Part shown: positions 27,785-38,600 of the stretch, piece by piece
Layout of the letters: every line of letters starts with the position of its first letter
How positions within the stretch are numbered: the first letter of the stretch is position 1
DNA from: a virus
Reading direction: 5' to 3' (one strand)
Virus record (IMG/VR): IMGVR_UViG_3300045988_172415
DNA: 64,000 bases
Notes under the pieces: generated by a model
Databases searched by the model: none
Told to the model about the DNA's origin: nothing
The model's input: the letters and a program-made list of their open reading frames with translations, nothing else
Program-made: the position numbers and the translations under genes

Positions 27785-29540
27785 TAAAGACATTAAAACC
27801 GAACCACGGTTCATGACCATGATTCAGAAAGACCTCCTCCCGACATGCAAGGCGTTGAATCTCGACGTTGACCCGTTCGCCAACGCGCGAACCGTGTTCA
27901 TCGACCGTGACAGCGTAGGACGGATTCTCTCCTACATGAGCGACCATGAAATCAACCCCGAATGGTACGGCCTACTGCCTGATAATCTGTTCGTCGGAAC
28001 CGGACTGCCGGTACTCACCGGCGTCGAAGGCGAATACTTCGCCCGTATGACCGGACGAAACCTCGACAAGAAAGTCGCGGCGAAAACATTCATCGCGGAC
28101 ATGGAAGCCTACTGGCTGAGCAAGAACAATCTGAAACGGACTGACGGTACGAAAAGCAGCGGAACCACACTCGGTTTCGGACGTTGCCCCGGACTACGCG
28201 AAGCCAGTCGATACAACGAACGCATCTTCAAAAGCAACGAATACGAGTACACGAATCCCGTGGACGAGTACGGCATCGACACTGTTTCACGTTACCGTCA
28301 GGTTGGTGAAATCTACAATGAGGTCGGCCAATGCTTCAGGGGAATGGCACAGGCGCGTACTCCCCTCGCACCATTCGTCTTCCTCACCCATAAGGAATAC
28401 GAGGACGGACTGGACACGGTTGTGAACCACTGCCCATACATCACCCATTCGGACGCCACCCGCATCATCGACGGGATGAGACAGTTCCCTCCGAAACGTA
28501 GCGTGGACAGGTTCATGCTCGCTTTCACCATGACAGCGTTCGCGTTCGCCATGAATCAGGTCGAGGAATCCGAACAGTACGAGACGGTCGAAGTGAAACC
28601 ACCGAAAACCGAAATCAGACGTCATTCCGGCGCTCCGAAAACCACGTTGCTCATCCATTTGAAACCGGAAGAGCCAGCACCCAAGGCCACGCCATCCTAT
28701 GCCGGTGAAACCGACGAATACGATTGGGATAGCATCACCGGACGGGTCGAAACCATCACTCCGGACGTTGCCAAGGAAATGCTCGGCGTGAACACCAACA
28801 ACCGCAACGTGAGCCGCACACAGGTCGAACTGTTCGCCCGAACCATGGCGCAGAAGGCTTGGAAAATGAACGGCGAAGCCATCAAATTCAGCAACACGGG
28901 ACGCTTGTTGGACGGCCAGCACAGGCTCCTCGCATGCGTCGAATCCGGTGTTCCGTTCCGCACTCTGGTCATTCGCGGACTGCCCGAAGACACGCAGGAG
29001 ACCATGGATGCGGGCAAGAGCCGCACCATGGCTAACGTGCTCGAACTGAAAGGCCGTAACAACGCCAAACAGCTTTCCACCGTGGCCCGTTCCATCTATC
29101 TGAGCGAACAGTTGGGTGTGGAAGCCGCATGCGTCAACAACATGTCACCGACCCGAAATGAACTGTTGGCATTCATCGAAAGCACTCCGCAATTGGAGGA
29201 TACGCTACGACAGGCCAGCACGTTCTACACGAAAAGCAACCATCTCATGTCCATCAGCATGGCCGCGCTCCTCTACTGGACGTTCAACGAAATCGACGGT
29301 GAGGCGTGCGAACGGTTCTTCGACATGCTCGCCACCGGCGCCAACCTTGACGAGGGAAGCCCCATTCTCGTACTCCGCAACACGCTGTTCGACATCAACA
29401 AGCGTGGAGCGCACAGCGACCGTCCAACCCGCCGACGCATCGTCGGAATCACCATCAAAGCGTGGAACAAATGGCGTGAGGGAGCGACTGTGAAACTCCT
29501 CAAATTCTCTCCGAACGAACAGTTCCCGGACGCAATCTGA
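27777..29540 (+). CDS. DGQHR-domain (DndB/ParB-like superfamily) protein with a ~300-aa N-terminal extension
   Basis: The C-terminal half contains 'NTGRLLDGQHRLLACVESG', the exact DGQHR motif of the DndB-type ParB-like fold. The N-terminal 300 aa is not recognisable. Confidence 0.5.
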   Translation: MPNKDIKTEPRFMTMIQKDLLPTCKALNLDVDPFANARTVFIDRDSVGRILSYMSDHEINPEWYGLLPDNLFVGTGLPVLTGVEGEYFARMTGRNLDKKVAAKTFIADMEAYWLSKNNLKRTDGTKSSGTTLGFGRCPGLREASRYNERIFKSNEYEYTNPVDEYGIDTVSRYRQVGEIYNEVGQCFRGMAQARTPLAPFVFLTHKEYEDGLDTVVNHCPYITHSDATRIIDGMRQFPPKRSVDRFMLAFTMTAFAFAMNQVEESEQYETVEVKPPKTEIRRHSGAPKTTLLIHLKPEEPAPKATPSYAGETDEYDWDSITGRVETITPDVAKEMLGVNTNNRNVSRTQVELFARTMAQKAWKMNGEAIKFSNTGRLLDGQHRLLACVESGVPFRTLVIRGLPEDTQETMDAGKSRTMANVLELKGRNNAKQLSTVARSIYLSEQLGVEAACVNNMSPTRNELLAFIESTPQLEDTLRQASTFYTKSNHLMSISMAALLYWTFNEIDGEACERFFDMLATGANLDEGSPILVLRNTLFDINKRGAHSDRPTRRRIVGITIKAWNKWREGATVKLLKFSPNEQFPDAI

Positions 29541-29562
29541 CCTTGGAAAGGACAAACAAAGC

Positions 29563-29940
29563 ATGGTCGAAAAACCGAAAAAACCGAACACATCCCCGGC
29601 GAAGCTTCTGACCGCAGACGAGGCTTTGGCCTTGGGAAGACGACCGGAAGTCGTCAACGTCTTGAAAAACAAGCACGGATGGTGGGTAATCTTCACCACC
29701 CAATTCCAAGACGAAGTGACCCTCCGATATCTGCAAGGGGAACGTCCCTCGGAGATATTCCGCAGTCACAATCTCGGGCCGGAAGTCCTCGGATACAAGC
29801 GCATAGAACGTTGCGTATACCGGTGGGTCAACCATCCCAGCAAATCCCGTGTCAAACGTTGGCAAGCGGAACACCGCCTGTATGAGACGTTGAACAAGAA
29901 TCAGACCAACACCGGCAAGAAGGAGAACGGCGACAAGTGA
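29563..29940 (+). CDS. small basic protein, possible HTH DNA-binding (transposase-OrfA/excisionase-like)
   Basis: 125 aa; the segment 'VTLRYLQGERPSEIFRSHNLGPEVLGYKRIERCVYRW' resembles an HTH. Confidence 0.25.
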   Translation: MVEKPKKPNTSPAKLLTADEALALGRRPEVVNVLKNKHGWWVIFTTQFQDEVTLRYLQGERPSEIFRSHNLGPEVLGYKRIERCVYRWVNHPSKSRVKRWQAEHRLYETLNKNQTNTGKKENGDK

Positions 29941-31277
29941 GCGTCCCCACACCAATCCACAAGGATATGGCCGAACAAGTATTGTTGGGGGCCATGCTTC
30001 AAGACTCGGAAACGTTGGACAAGGTCATCAGCCAACTTTCCGAAGAGGACTTCTACCAGCCGACCAACCAGACCATCTTTCATAATATAAAGGAACTGGC
30101 CGCAGACAATAACCGTGTGGACGCGCAAATGCTGTCCTCGCACATGATGGACAACGGACAGTTGGAACAGGTCGGCGGTATCGACTATATCGCCCAGCTT
30201 GTCGGCTCCGCGCCCACGTCGAACAACAGTGACTATTTCATCAAGCAGATTCGTGACGCGGCCATCCTCCGCCACATCAACGTGGTCGGACAACAGTTGC
30301 AGCAGATGAGCAACGTGTCCAACGCGTCAGCCGAAGATGTGCTCAGCAAGTCGTTGGAGACCGCGTTCTCGTTGGAGGATTCGAGTCGTTCCGAAGACGA
30401 CGAGTTGAAGACCGCATACCGTCTGTCCGACGAAATGCTCCAACAGTTGGATGAAATGTCACAGAATCCGAACGAGTTCGGAACACCCACCGGCTTCCGT
30501 GACATCGACGCGTTGACACACGGATTGCAAGCCGGACAAATGGTCATAGTCGCGGGACGTCCGGGCATGGGCAAGAGTACTCTCGGCATGGATTTCGCGC
30601 GTAACGCCGCACTGCACAAGGGTCTGCCGACTGTGATTTTCAGTCTGGAAATGGGCGGTCACGAACTCATGCAACGCATGTTCGCAGCCGAAACAGGCAT
30701 CCGTCTCGCATCGTTCCAACATCCCGAGAATCTGAACTCGAATGATTGGAACAAACTCAACGCGCTCTGCCATCAGGTCGAGAAGGCACCATTGTGGGTT
30801 GATGATTCCGCCATCATCAACATGAGCACCATCCGTGCGAAATGCCGTGCTCTCAGCCGCAAGGTCAACGGGTTGAAGCTTATCGTCATCGACTACCTGC
30901 AACTCATGTCCTCCGGTAAAACCGTCGAGAACCGTCAGCAGGAAGTGTCGAACTTCTCCCGCCAATGCAAAATGCTCGCCAAGGAACTGCAATGTCCCGT
31001 GGTCGTGCTGTCCCAGTTGAACCGTAATGCGGAACAGCGTGCCGACAAGAAGCCGGAACTGTCCGACCTGCGAGAGTCCGGTTCCATCGAACAGGACGCC
31101 GACATGGTGTTTCTCGTGCATCGTCCCGAATACTACGACCGTGAGGAACGTCCGGGCGAAGCCGACGTGATTCTCGCCAAACATCGCAACGGGCCTACCG
31201 AAACGTTCAACCTTGCGTTCATGGGCGAATGCTCCAAATTCGCGGACATGGCCGCAGGTTTCGAAAACGAGTTCTGA
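29937..31277 (+). CDS. dnaB: replicative DNA helicase DnaB
   Basis: N-terminal DnaB domain (MAEQVLLGAMLQD...). Walker A 'GRPGMGKST', Walker B 'LIVIDYLQLM', the 'VVVLSQLNR' motif, and 'SGSIEQDADMV' near the C-terminus. Confidence 0.85.
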   Translation: MSVPTPIHKDMAEQVLLGAMLQDSETLDKVISQLSEEDFYQPTNQTIFHNIKELAADNNRVDAQMLSSHMMDNGQLEQVGGIDYIAQLVGSAPTSNNSDYFIKQIRDAAILRHINVVGQQLQQMSNVSNASAEDVLSKSLETAFSLEDSSRSEDDELKTAYRLSDEMLQQLDEMSQNPNEFGTPTGFRDIDALTHGLQAGQMVIVAGRPGMGKSTLGMDFARNAALHKGLPTVIFSLEMGGHELMQRMFAAETGIRLASFQHPENLNSNDWNKLNALCHQVEKAPLWVDDSAIINMSTIRAKCRALSRKVNGLKLIVIDYLQLMSSGKTVENRQQEVSNFSRQCKMLAKELQCPVVVLSQLNRNAEQRADKKPELSDLRESGSIEQDADMVFLVHRPEYYDREERPGEADVILAKHRNGPTETFNLAFMGECSKFADMAAGFENEF

Positions 31278-31328
31278 AACAAGTTCTGTCATAGTGGGTA
31301 CTCCCACAAAAAAGAAAGGAAAAAGTCA

Positions 31329-32726
31329 ATGCCAACAACATTGATAATCGTCGCGGCAGTGGCGATACTCATCATCCTGCTCGCAACCGCAAGCTACAAG
31401 GTCTGCCCCGCCGACCGAGTCATGGTCATCACCGGGCCGGGTGGACGACGCTTCGTTTCCGGCGGAAGCGCGTTCATCATACCCTTCATCATGCGCGTGG
31501 ACTGGCTCTCCCTCGGAGCGGTGCAGTCGCTCCTGAGAACCGACACGCCGATTCCGACGAAGGACGCAATCCTCATCGACGTGAACGCCGTCGCGAACTT
31601 CCAGATAGCATCCGAGACCATGACCGTGGACGAGAACGGTAAACAGGTGAAGGCGTTGGAGAACGCCGCCAAGAACTATCTGAACCAGTCCAAGGAGCGC
31701 ATGGAGAAGGACGTGACGCAGGTGCTTTTGGGCAAGCTGCGCGAGGTCATCGGCAAGACCGAGTTGAAGGAGCTCATGGAGAACAGGGACACGTTCGCTG
31801 CGACCGTGGCCGAATCCGCCCGCGTGGACATGGAACGGCTTGGCCTTCAATTGACCACGTTCAACATTCAAGACTTCACCGACCGTCAGAACGTCATCGC
31901 CAACATGGGCGCTGAAATGGCCGCCGAAATCAGCCGGAATGCGAAGCTCGCGTCCATCAACGCGGAACAGGATGTGGCCGTCCGTCAGAACCAGCTCGAC
32001 CTGAAACGAGCCGAACTCCAATCCATCTCCGACAAGGCGCAGGCCGAGGCTGACGCGGTGAAGGGCATCACCGCCGCCGAACAGTCCAAGACCCTCAAGG
32101 TCAAGGAGCAGGAGGCGGAAATCGCCGCCGCCGAAAAGAAGGCAGTCCTCGAACAGAAGAACGCCGAAATCGAAGAGCAAAAACTGAACGCGACCATCCG
32201 CAAGAAGGCCGACGCCGACAGATACGCCGCCGAACAGCAGGCCGACGCGCAAGTGTACACGACCCGCAAGCATGCGGATGCGGAACTGTATCTACGCCAG
32301 CAGGAGGCTCAGGCCACCCAATCCACCGCCGACGCGGACGCGCACGCGACCGAGGTCAAAGGCAAGGCTGAAGGTTCCGCCGCACAGGCCAAGGGCGTGG
32401 GCGAGGCGGAGGCAATCCGCGCTCAGGGCGAGGCGTACAACTCGATGAACAACACGTACATCCTCGCCCAACAGTACATTCAGATTCTCCCCGACATGGT
32501 TCGAGCCGCCGCCGAACCGCTCACCAAGGTTGACCACATCACCATGTATGGCGACGGAAACAGCACGAAGCTCGTGGGCGACACGGTGAACAGTGTGAGC
32601 CAGTTGAGTGAGGGATTGTCTCAATCCTTGGGCATCGATTTGAAAGCCTTGCTGAACAGTATGGTGGCCGGTCATGCCGCCGGTTCCGCACTAGGTGGGA
32701 AAGGTTCCGAACAGTCCGGAAACTAA
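31329..32726 (+). CDS. flotillin-like SPFH/band-7 protein
   Basis: N-terminal TM followed by an SPFH domain. A long coiled-coil region has Ala/Glu/Gln/Lys repeats (KAQAEADAVK..., AEIEEQKLNA...). Confidence 0.7.
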   Translation: MPTTLIIVAAVAILIILLATASYKVCPADRVMVITGPGGRRFVSGGSAFIIPFIMRVDWLSLGAVQSLLRTDTPIPTKDAILIDVNAVANFQIASETMTVDENGKQVKALENAAKNYLNQSKERMEKDVTQVLLGKLREVIGKTELKELMENRDTFAATVAESARVDMERLGLQLTTFNIQDFTDRQNVIANMGAEMAAEISRNAKLASINAEQDVAVRQNQLDLKRAELQSISDKAQAEADAVKGITAAEQSKTLKVKEQEAEIAAAEKKAVLEQKNAEIEEQKLNATIRKKADADRYAAEQQADAQVYTTRKHADAELYLRQQEAQATQSTADADAHATEVKGKAEGSAAQAKGVGEAEAIRAQGEAYNSMNNTYILAQQYIQILPDMVRAAAEPLTKVDHITMYGDGNSTKLVGDTVNSVSQLSEGLSQSLGIDLKALLNSMVAGHAAGSALGGKGSEQSGN

Positions 32727-32744
32727 CCCGTTCAGGGATATGTT

Positions 32745-32779
32745 GGAGGGTATGGGAAGCCATGCCCTCCTTATTTTTA
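32745..32779 (+). terminator. rho-independent terminator after the flotillin gene
   Basis: An 11-bp stem GGAGGGTATGG/CCATGCCCTCC with a GAAG loop, followed by TTATTTTTA. Confidence 0.5.
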
Positions 32780-32905
32780 AGGGCTGAAAGCATTCTTTCA
32801 AGGTTTTTAATGAGGGTGCGTGCGGTATATTAGGAATGTAATCCGATATTGACCCCGTTCGAGGAATGAACGCGCGCCGGGTCTAGTAAGGAAAGGAAAA
32901 CAAAG

Positions 32906-34636
32906 GTGAAAACCAAAAACCTGTTGAAGGCAACGGTCGCCACGCTTGTGGCCGGTGCCATGGGTTTGGCTGGAGTTGGCTCCGCCATGGCGGCTGATAC
33001 TCGTGTTGACGCATCCAAGCTTGGTGAGGCTGCTCGTCAGACGTTGACCGTCGCTGCTAATGGTGATATTAGCAATCGCACGTTGAAGGCTGTGCCGCTC
33101 GCCTACTATTCGTATGCGCAGACTGATGGTACTAATATTACCGGCTTTGACCTGATTGACGCGGGCAAGGCTTCTGCCATTGCTGACGCACTGACTAAAG
33201 CCCATATTGACACCCAGTCCAAGAAAGACCAGACTGCCGGATACGACTATAATGCGTCCAATCCGATGGTGTGGGTCGTGCAGAATCTCCTTGATTCCGA
33301 GAACAGCCCGTGGGCTGGCAAGCTTCGTGACTTCATCGACCAGTTGAAGAACGAGGCCGCCGTCACCGGCGACAAGGGCACCGCGTTCGCCAAGGGCGCC
33401 GACGCCAAGCATATGACCGCATCAGTCCGTCCGGGCGTGTATGCGGTCGTGGACACCACCACGGCCGGTCAGGCGTCCATCGTCATGTTCAACGGCACCG
33501 GCATCGACGGCAAGACCACGTTGAAGAACGGCGACAAGACCTACACGCTGGGCACCGTGGACTATAAGGTGCATGACGCCGCAGTCAGGAAGGCTATCAC
33601 CTCTGTTGAGAATGGTGATGTGGATGAGAAAATCGGTGAGGACCATGAGGATGAGGGGGCTCGCCAAGCAGGGAAGAAATATTATGCGGTAGCCAAGACC
33701 TCCATCGGCAAGAAGGTCTCTTTCACGATGGGCGGCGCGGTGCCTGTTTGGACTGGCTACGACCATTATTATTATGCGCTCAACGATACGTATTCGGATG
33801 GTCTGACTTTCAACCCGGATAGTGTGAATGTCACTGTCGGTGGTAAGGCTTTGACTGCTGGCAAGGATTACAAGGTGACGACCGAGGCGGGCAAGTTCCA
33901 TATCCTGTTCGCCCCGACCGCTGATGGTTCTTCCGACATCATCGCCGCCAAGACCACGTTCCCGGTCGATGCGGAAGTGCTTGTCACTTATGACATGACC
34001 GTGAACAAGAACGCCCACGTGGACGGTGTTGACACCAACACGAGCGAGGTCGAATACTCCCATAATCCGAACACCGTCACCGACCATGAGAAGACTCCGG
34101 GCGACACCAACTACGTGTACGTCGGCAAGTTCACTCTGACCAAGACCGATACGAACAATGCTCCGCTCGCGGGTGCCGTGTTCAACATCAAGGATGCCAA
34201 GAGCAATATCGTCAAGTTCGTCAAGGTGGGTGATAACGAGTATCGTGTTGCCGACTCGACTGAGGCCGCTACCGCAAGCGCCGACATCACCACCACCGAT
34301 AAGAACAATGGCGTCATCACCTTGAAGGGCTTGTACGGTGCCTACACGGTGACTGAAACCAAGAGTCCGTTCGGCGGCAGCATTCTGCCGGAGTTCACTC
34401 TGACCGTTGGCGTGGCCCAGTCCAAAGACCATAACACCAGCACTTCGTCCCTCACCAAGTTCAAGGATGATGCCAACCATCTGGCCTCCAAGACCAGTGA
34501 CGATGGAGTGACCGTCATCAACGCCCGCAACATCGCTGACATGCCGAAGACCGGTGCGGTCTGGCTGTCCATCTTCGGCGTGATGACCGTCCTGTTGGCT
34601 GGCGCTTCCGCCCTGCTGCTTCGTCGCAAGGCGTGA
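32906..34636 (+). CDS. sortase-dependent pilus major subunit (LPXTG-like cell-wall anchor, MPKTG variant)
   Basis: GTG start with an RBS. Signal peptide, CnaB-type pilin E-box 'YGAYTVTETKSPFGG', and a C-terminal 'MPKTG' followed by a hydrophobic helix and 'RRKA'. Confidence 0.65.
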   Translation: MKTKNLLKATVATLVAGAMGLAGVGSAMAADTRVDASKLGEAARQTLTVAANGDISNRTLKAVPLAYYSYAQTDGTNITGFDLIDAGKASAIADALTKAHIDTQSKKDQTAGYDYNASNPMVWVVQNLLDSENSPWAGKLRDFIDQLKNEAAVTGDKGTAFAKGADAKHMTASVRPGVYAVVDTTTAGQASIVMFNGTGIDGKTTLKNGDKTYTLGTVDYKVHDAAVRKAITSVENGDVDEKIGEDHEDEGARQAGKKYYAVAKTSIGKKVSFTMGGAVPVWTGYDHYYYALNDTYSDGLTFNPDSVNVTVGGKALTAGKDYKVTTEAGKFHILFAPTADGSSDIIAAKTTFPVDAEVLVTYDMTVNKNAHVDGVDTNTSEVEYSHNPNTVTDHEKTPGDTNYVYVGKFTLTKTDTNNAPLAGAVFNIKDAKSNIVKFVKVGDNEYRVADSTEAATASADITTTDKNNGVITLKGLYGAYTVTETKSPFGGSILPEFTLTVGVAQSKDHNTSTSSLTKFKDDANHLASKTSDDGVTVINARNIADMPKTGAVWLSIFGVMTVLLAGASALLLRRKA

Positions 34637-34715
34637 GATTGGAGATTGGAATACTGCCGTATGAGAAAACTTTTCTGACCGTTTGACGGTTGGAAAAGCA
34701 TGAAATGTTCCGCTT

Positions 34716-34753
34716 GGCGTGTCGGGAACCCAAATATCGACACGCCACTTTTT
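34716..34753 (+). terminator. rho-independent terminator between the pilin and sortase genes
   Basis: Stem GGCGTGTCG...CGACACGCC followed by ACTTTTT. Confidence 0.5.
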
Positions 34754-34770
34754 AGATTCTTTATAACCGC

Positions 34771-35676
34771 ATGGGAGGGGTTTTGGGAAAACATACGGCG
34801 AAACCGAAAGGCTTGGGAAATCGAGCCATAGCGGGACTTCTCTGCCTAATCCTATCCGCCCTGTCCGGAACCATCCCATTCATTCTCATGATTTCGAACA
34901 GCAGCCAATCCAACCGGTTGACCGACTCCCACGCGCAAGCCGTGGAAAACACTGACGTGAAACGAATCGCCCAAGAGTATGCGGACGCGCAAGCCTACAA
35001 TCAACGCCTATACGAGGAAGGCCAGCCCATTCTTGGTGAGGCGGAAGACCCTTGGACGGGCGTCAACAAGTCCGAAACGGACAACACGTATCGGAAGCAA
35101 CTATCCACCCCCAAGGATGGGGTCATGGCTACCATCAAATATCCACGCTTGGGCATCAACCTGCCCATCCGGCATGGCACGTCGCAAAATGTGTTGGCCG
35201 CTGGAGCTGGACACTTATACGGTTCCAGTCTCCCCGTCGGTGGCAAGAACACGCATACTGTCATATCCGCTCACACGGGTTTGGCCGACCAGCTCATGTT
35301 CGACAAGCTGCGAGGCTTCGGCAGTGAAGCCAAAAAGGGAGACGTCTTCTATTTGATAACCGCCGGACATATGCTCGCTTACAAGGTCACGGATATTAGT
35401 GTGGTAGACCCATCCGACTTTTCTAAACTGAAAATCGTCGCCGGAAAAGACCTCTCCACACTATTGACCTGCACGCCATACGGCATCAACAACAAGCGAC
35501 TCTTGGTGACCGGCACGCGCGCCAGCATGCCACACCCCGCGCCCAAACCCGAAAACGCGCCGAAAGACCACACGAACCAATGGCTCATGCTGTACGTCGG
35601 CGGCTTCTGGCTTGCGGTAATCATCATCACCATTCTCATCATCCGTAGAAAAAACCACGCAAAGAAGGAACACTAA
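34771..35676 (+). CDS. class C (pilus-specific) sortase
   Basis: N-terminal TM, catalytic 'HTGL' His, 'TLLTCTPYG' Cys motif, and the C-terminal TM anchor typical of class C sortases. Confidence 0.8.
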   Translation: MGGVLGKHTAKPKGLGNRAIAGLLCLILSALSGTIPFILMISNSSQSNRLTDSHAQAVENTDVKRIAQEYADAQAYNQRLYEEGQPILGEAEDPWTGVNKSETDNTYRKQLSTPKDGVMATIKYPRLGINLPIRHGTSQNVLAAGAGHLYGSSLPVGGKNTHTVISAHTGLADQLMFDKLRGFGSEAKKGDVFYLITAGHMLAYKVTDISVVDPSDFSKLKIVAGKDLSTLLTCTPYGINNKRLLVTGTRASMPHPAPKPENAPKDHTNQWLMLYVGGFWLAVIIITILIIRRKNHAKKEH

Positions 35677-38600
35677 TGGGTATTCTCAAAAAGCATGTGG
35701 CACATCCGGTAGCATTATTGGCCGCAATCGCCACACTGGCATCCGGCCTGACATGCATGACCAATCCGGTAGCCTCTCCAAAAGCGCATGCGGACGAGTT
35801 GAAACCTGCGTATGCTACTGCGAAAATCGTTAAGAAAGCCGACGGTACGGGGCATGGCACGAGTTCGCAAACGTTCGTGAATTCGAAGAACGGGTTCGCC
35901 ACGGGCGATGATTCCCCTACCGATGGCGTGGTCGCATCCGGTGATACGGTCGAATATTCATTGACGTTGAACTTCAACGCGGCGGGCAAGCGTACCATCA
36001 ACGTGAAGTTCGACTTGGACGACGCGCCGTATTTGCAGACTGCTGACGGTGGTGGCTTCTGCCAGCCGGGACAACTCGTCACCGCGAAGAAAAACAGTGA
36101 CGGCTCCTGCTCCTACACGGTTCCAGCCGGTGGCGTGGAAACCATGACCCAAACCTTCTATCTGAAAGCAAAAGACACGGGAGGCTTGGTCAAGCCGGGT
36201 CAGATTCCGAAAATCGTCGTCGCCCGCGAAGGTGGAACGTCAACCACGTATCGTACGGATGAGCTGACTGTAGTATCCGCTCCGGCGGCTGACTTGGTCA
36301 TTGACAATGGCGGCAATCCGGTGAAAGGCCAATACTCGTATGAGCATCGTACTTATTGGAGTCAGAACACCGACGCGACCGGCGATTTCACTATTCGTGC
36401 CGACGCGTTGACCTATCCGGGTTATTCGTCCACGAAGGGCGCGTCCACCAGCATCGATTGGACTACCAAAGTGGATATTTCCGACTTCCCGCAGAACACC
36501 GTGTGGACTGTAGGCGGTCAGCGGATTACCCGTAACAGTGATAAAGAACAGTATCTGACCGTATCCAGTGGCAAGAACGGTGCGGCGGCGACAATCAGCT
36601 ACAGGATTCCCGCCGGAACCGACGCGCTCAAAAACATGAAAGAAGGAGACGTCAAATATTACGATGTCCACCTTGTTCCCGACGAAACCGTGTTCAGCGT
36701 CAAAGACGATAACGGCGACGCACTGTTGAACATGGGCAAAGGTGGAGAACCCGGCTGGAACATTGGACGGGACAAGAGCACCTACAACAAGGATACGGGT
36801 GCCCGCGTCGGCTACCCGTACGCGAATAATGACTGGTCACGAGCCATCATCCAACGGCTCAAGCCGACTCCAGCTGGCAAGATTCCACTGTTCGGCAAAG
36901 GACTGCAACGTCCTAACACTGCGTCCAAGACCATGTTCGACAAGGAGAATCTGACGTTCGACGCCGCCGAAGGCAAAGCCGACATCTACCATTACTATTC
37001 CGACGGTTCCGGCGACACCGTGTCCCGTGGAACGCAAGTCAAAACCATTTTGGAAATGTATGCGGCGAACGTTACGGCGGACAAGCTTAAAAACACTACG
37101 CCGACCATGCAGGACGAGTGGGATAATACGCGCATGCGGTGGGATGGAAGCTTGGAAGTCACCCAGAACGGCGCTCCGGTTTCCGACTACAAAGTTCAAT
37201 GGGATGATAGCAAAGACAATTGGCATGACGGGGAACCATCCGACACAGACGCTCCGAACGTCAAGAAGATTCGGGTGACGTTCAACCCCGACACTTTGAC
37301 TTTGGGAAAGGGTGCGCCGAACGTTCAGGTCACGTTCAACACGCTCGCCATAGCCGACGTGTCCAAAGGCAATGTGGAAGCTTTGGATACGCTGACCGCA
37401 TGGCTTACCGAAGACGATAAGGCGAGCGTCACCAATTGGGTGTGGATTGCCAAGCCGGTAGACCCGACCACCAGTATCGACATCAGTCTAAAAGCCTACG
37501 ATGGTGAAGGCAATCAAGTGTATGCGAACAACAGTTCCAATCACCCGTCCGGAAGCGCAGTCGATTTGACTCCCGGCATGCGAGTGGATTATACGGTCAC
37601 GGAACAATTGCGCACCATTCTCCTGTCCAATACGAGCATGACGCCGACCATCACGGTGCCGAAACCGAAAGGCTTGTACAATCCGACCTGTGATGATTCG
37701 TTCTGGCAGATGAAAGTGGACGGGAATAATCTCGTGTTCACGCCACGTTCCGGCAAAGTCACGCCGGAAGTAGACCGTATGGGGTCGGCCACTTTGCCTG
37801 ACCTGCATTTCAGTGGCATCGTATCCAATCTCGCCACCGGGACTGTGACCGCCAGTGCGAATATGAGCGTGGACGTTGACGAGAACGGCGCATTGCAAGC
37901 CCAAACCATCAAAAGCAATACGCCCAGCGTCCCATTCCCTGTCTCCAATGCGGAAACCAACAGTGGCATCATGCGTGTGAAGACCACGAAGGCTGAAATC
38001 AGTGACCCGCTTACTTGGGAGTTCAACGTGTACGGCAAGGGCGGCGGACATACCGGCACCATGGATAGCATGCTACTGCTTCCTGCGAATGGTGATGAGA
38101 AGTACGTGCAGGACAAGCTGGTCGAATATGAGCGTGGATACAGCAACTATCATGGCTCCTACGAACTGACCCAGCCCGTCACGGTCAATATGGACAATTC
38201 GACCAGTACGACCGTCTACTATTCAACCACCACCGGAAAGAAGTCGGATAATCCGGCTGACTACGAGTGGAAGACATGGGATGAATTGTCCTCCATCGAG
38301 AAGAAGAACATCATCGCCATCCGACTGACCAGCACAGTCGTCGCGTCCGACGATAAACTGTCCTATTCGGCGGTGAACGGCGCCATCACGCTCACCCCAT
38401 CCGACAATGTGAAAGACGACAAGTACACGCTGTGGCTTGGCCGTAACTATTATTCCGACGCTTCCGACAAACCGGCGGGCAACCAGCCGTGGCCTGACGT
38501 GGCGAAGGTAGTGGCCGGTAGCATCAGCGGCACCGTCTGGTGGGATAAGGATGAGAACACGCTCATCGGTGACAGTGAAGAACGTATCGAAGGAGTGGAA

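Noticed and set aside
29563-29940. Possible insertion sequence, suggested by a transposase-OrfA-like HTH protein
   Set aside because: No adjacent transposase catalytic ORF (DDE or serine) is present, and I see no terminal inverted repeats or target duplications. I keep it only as a small DNA-binding protein.
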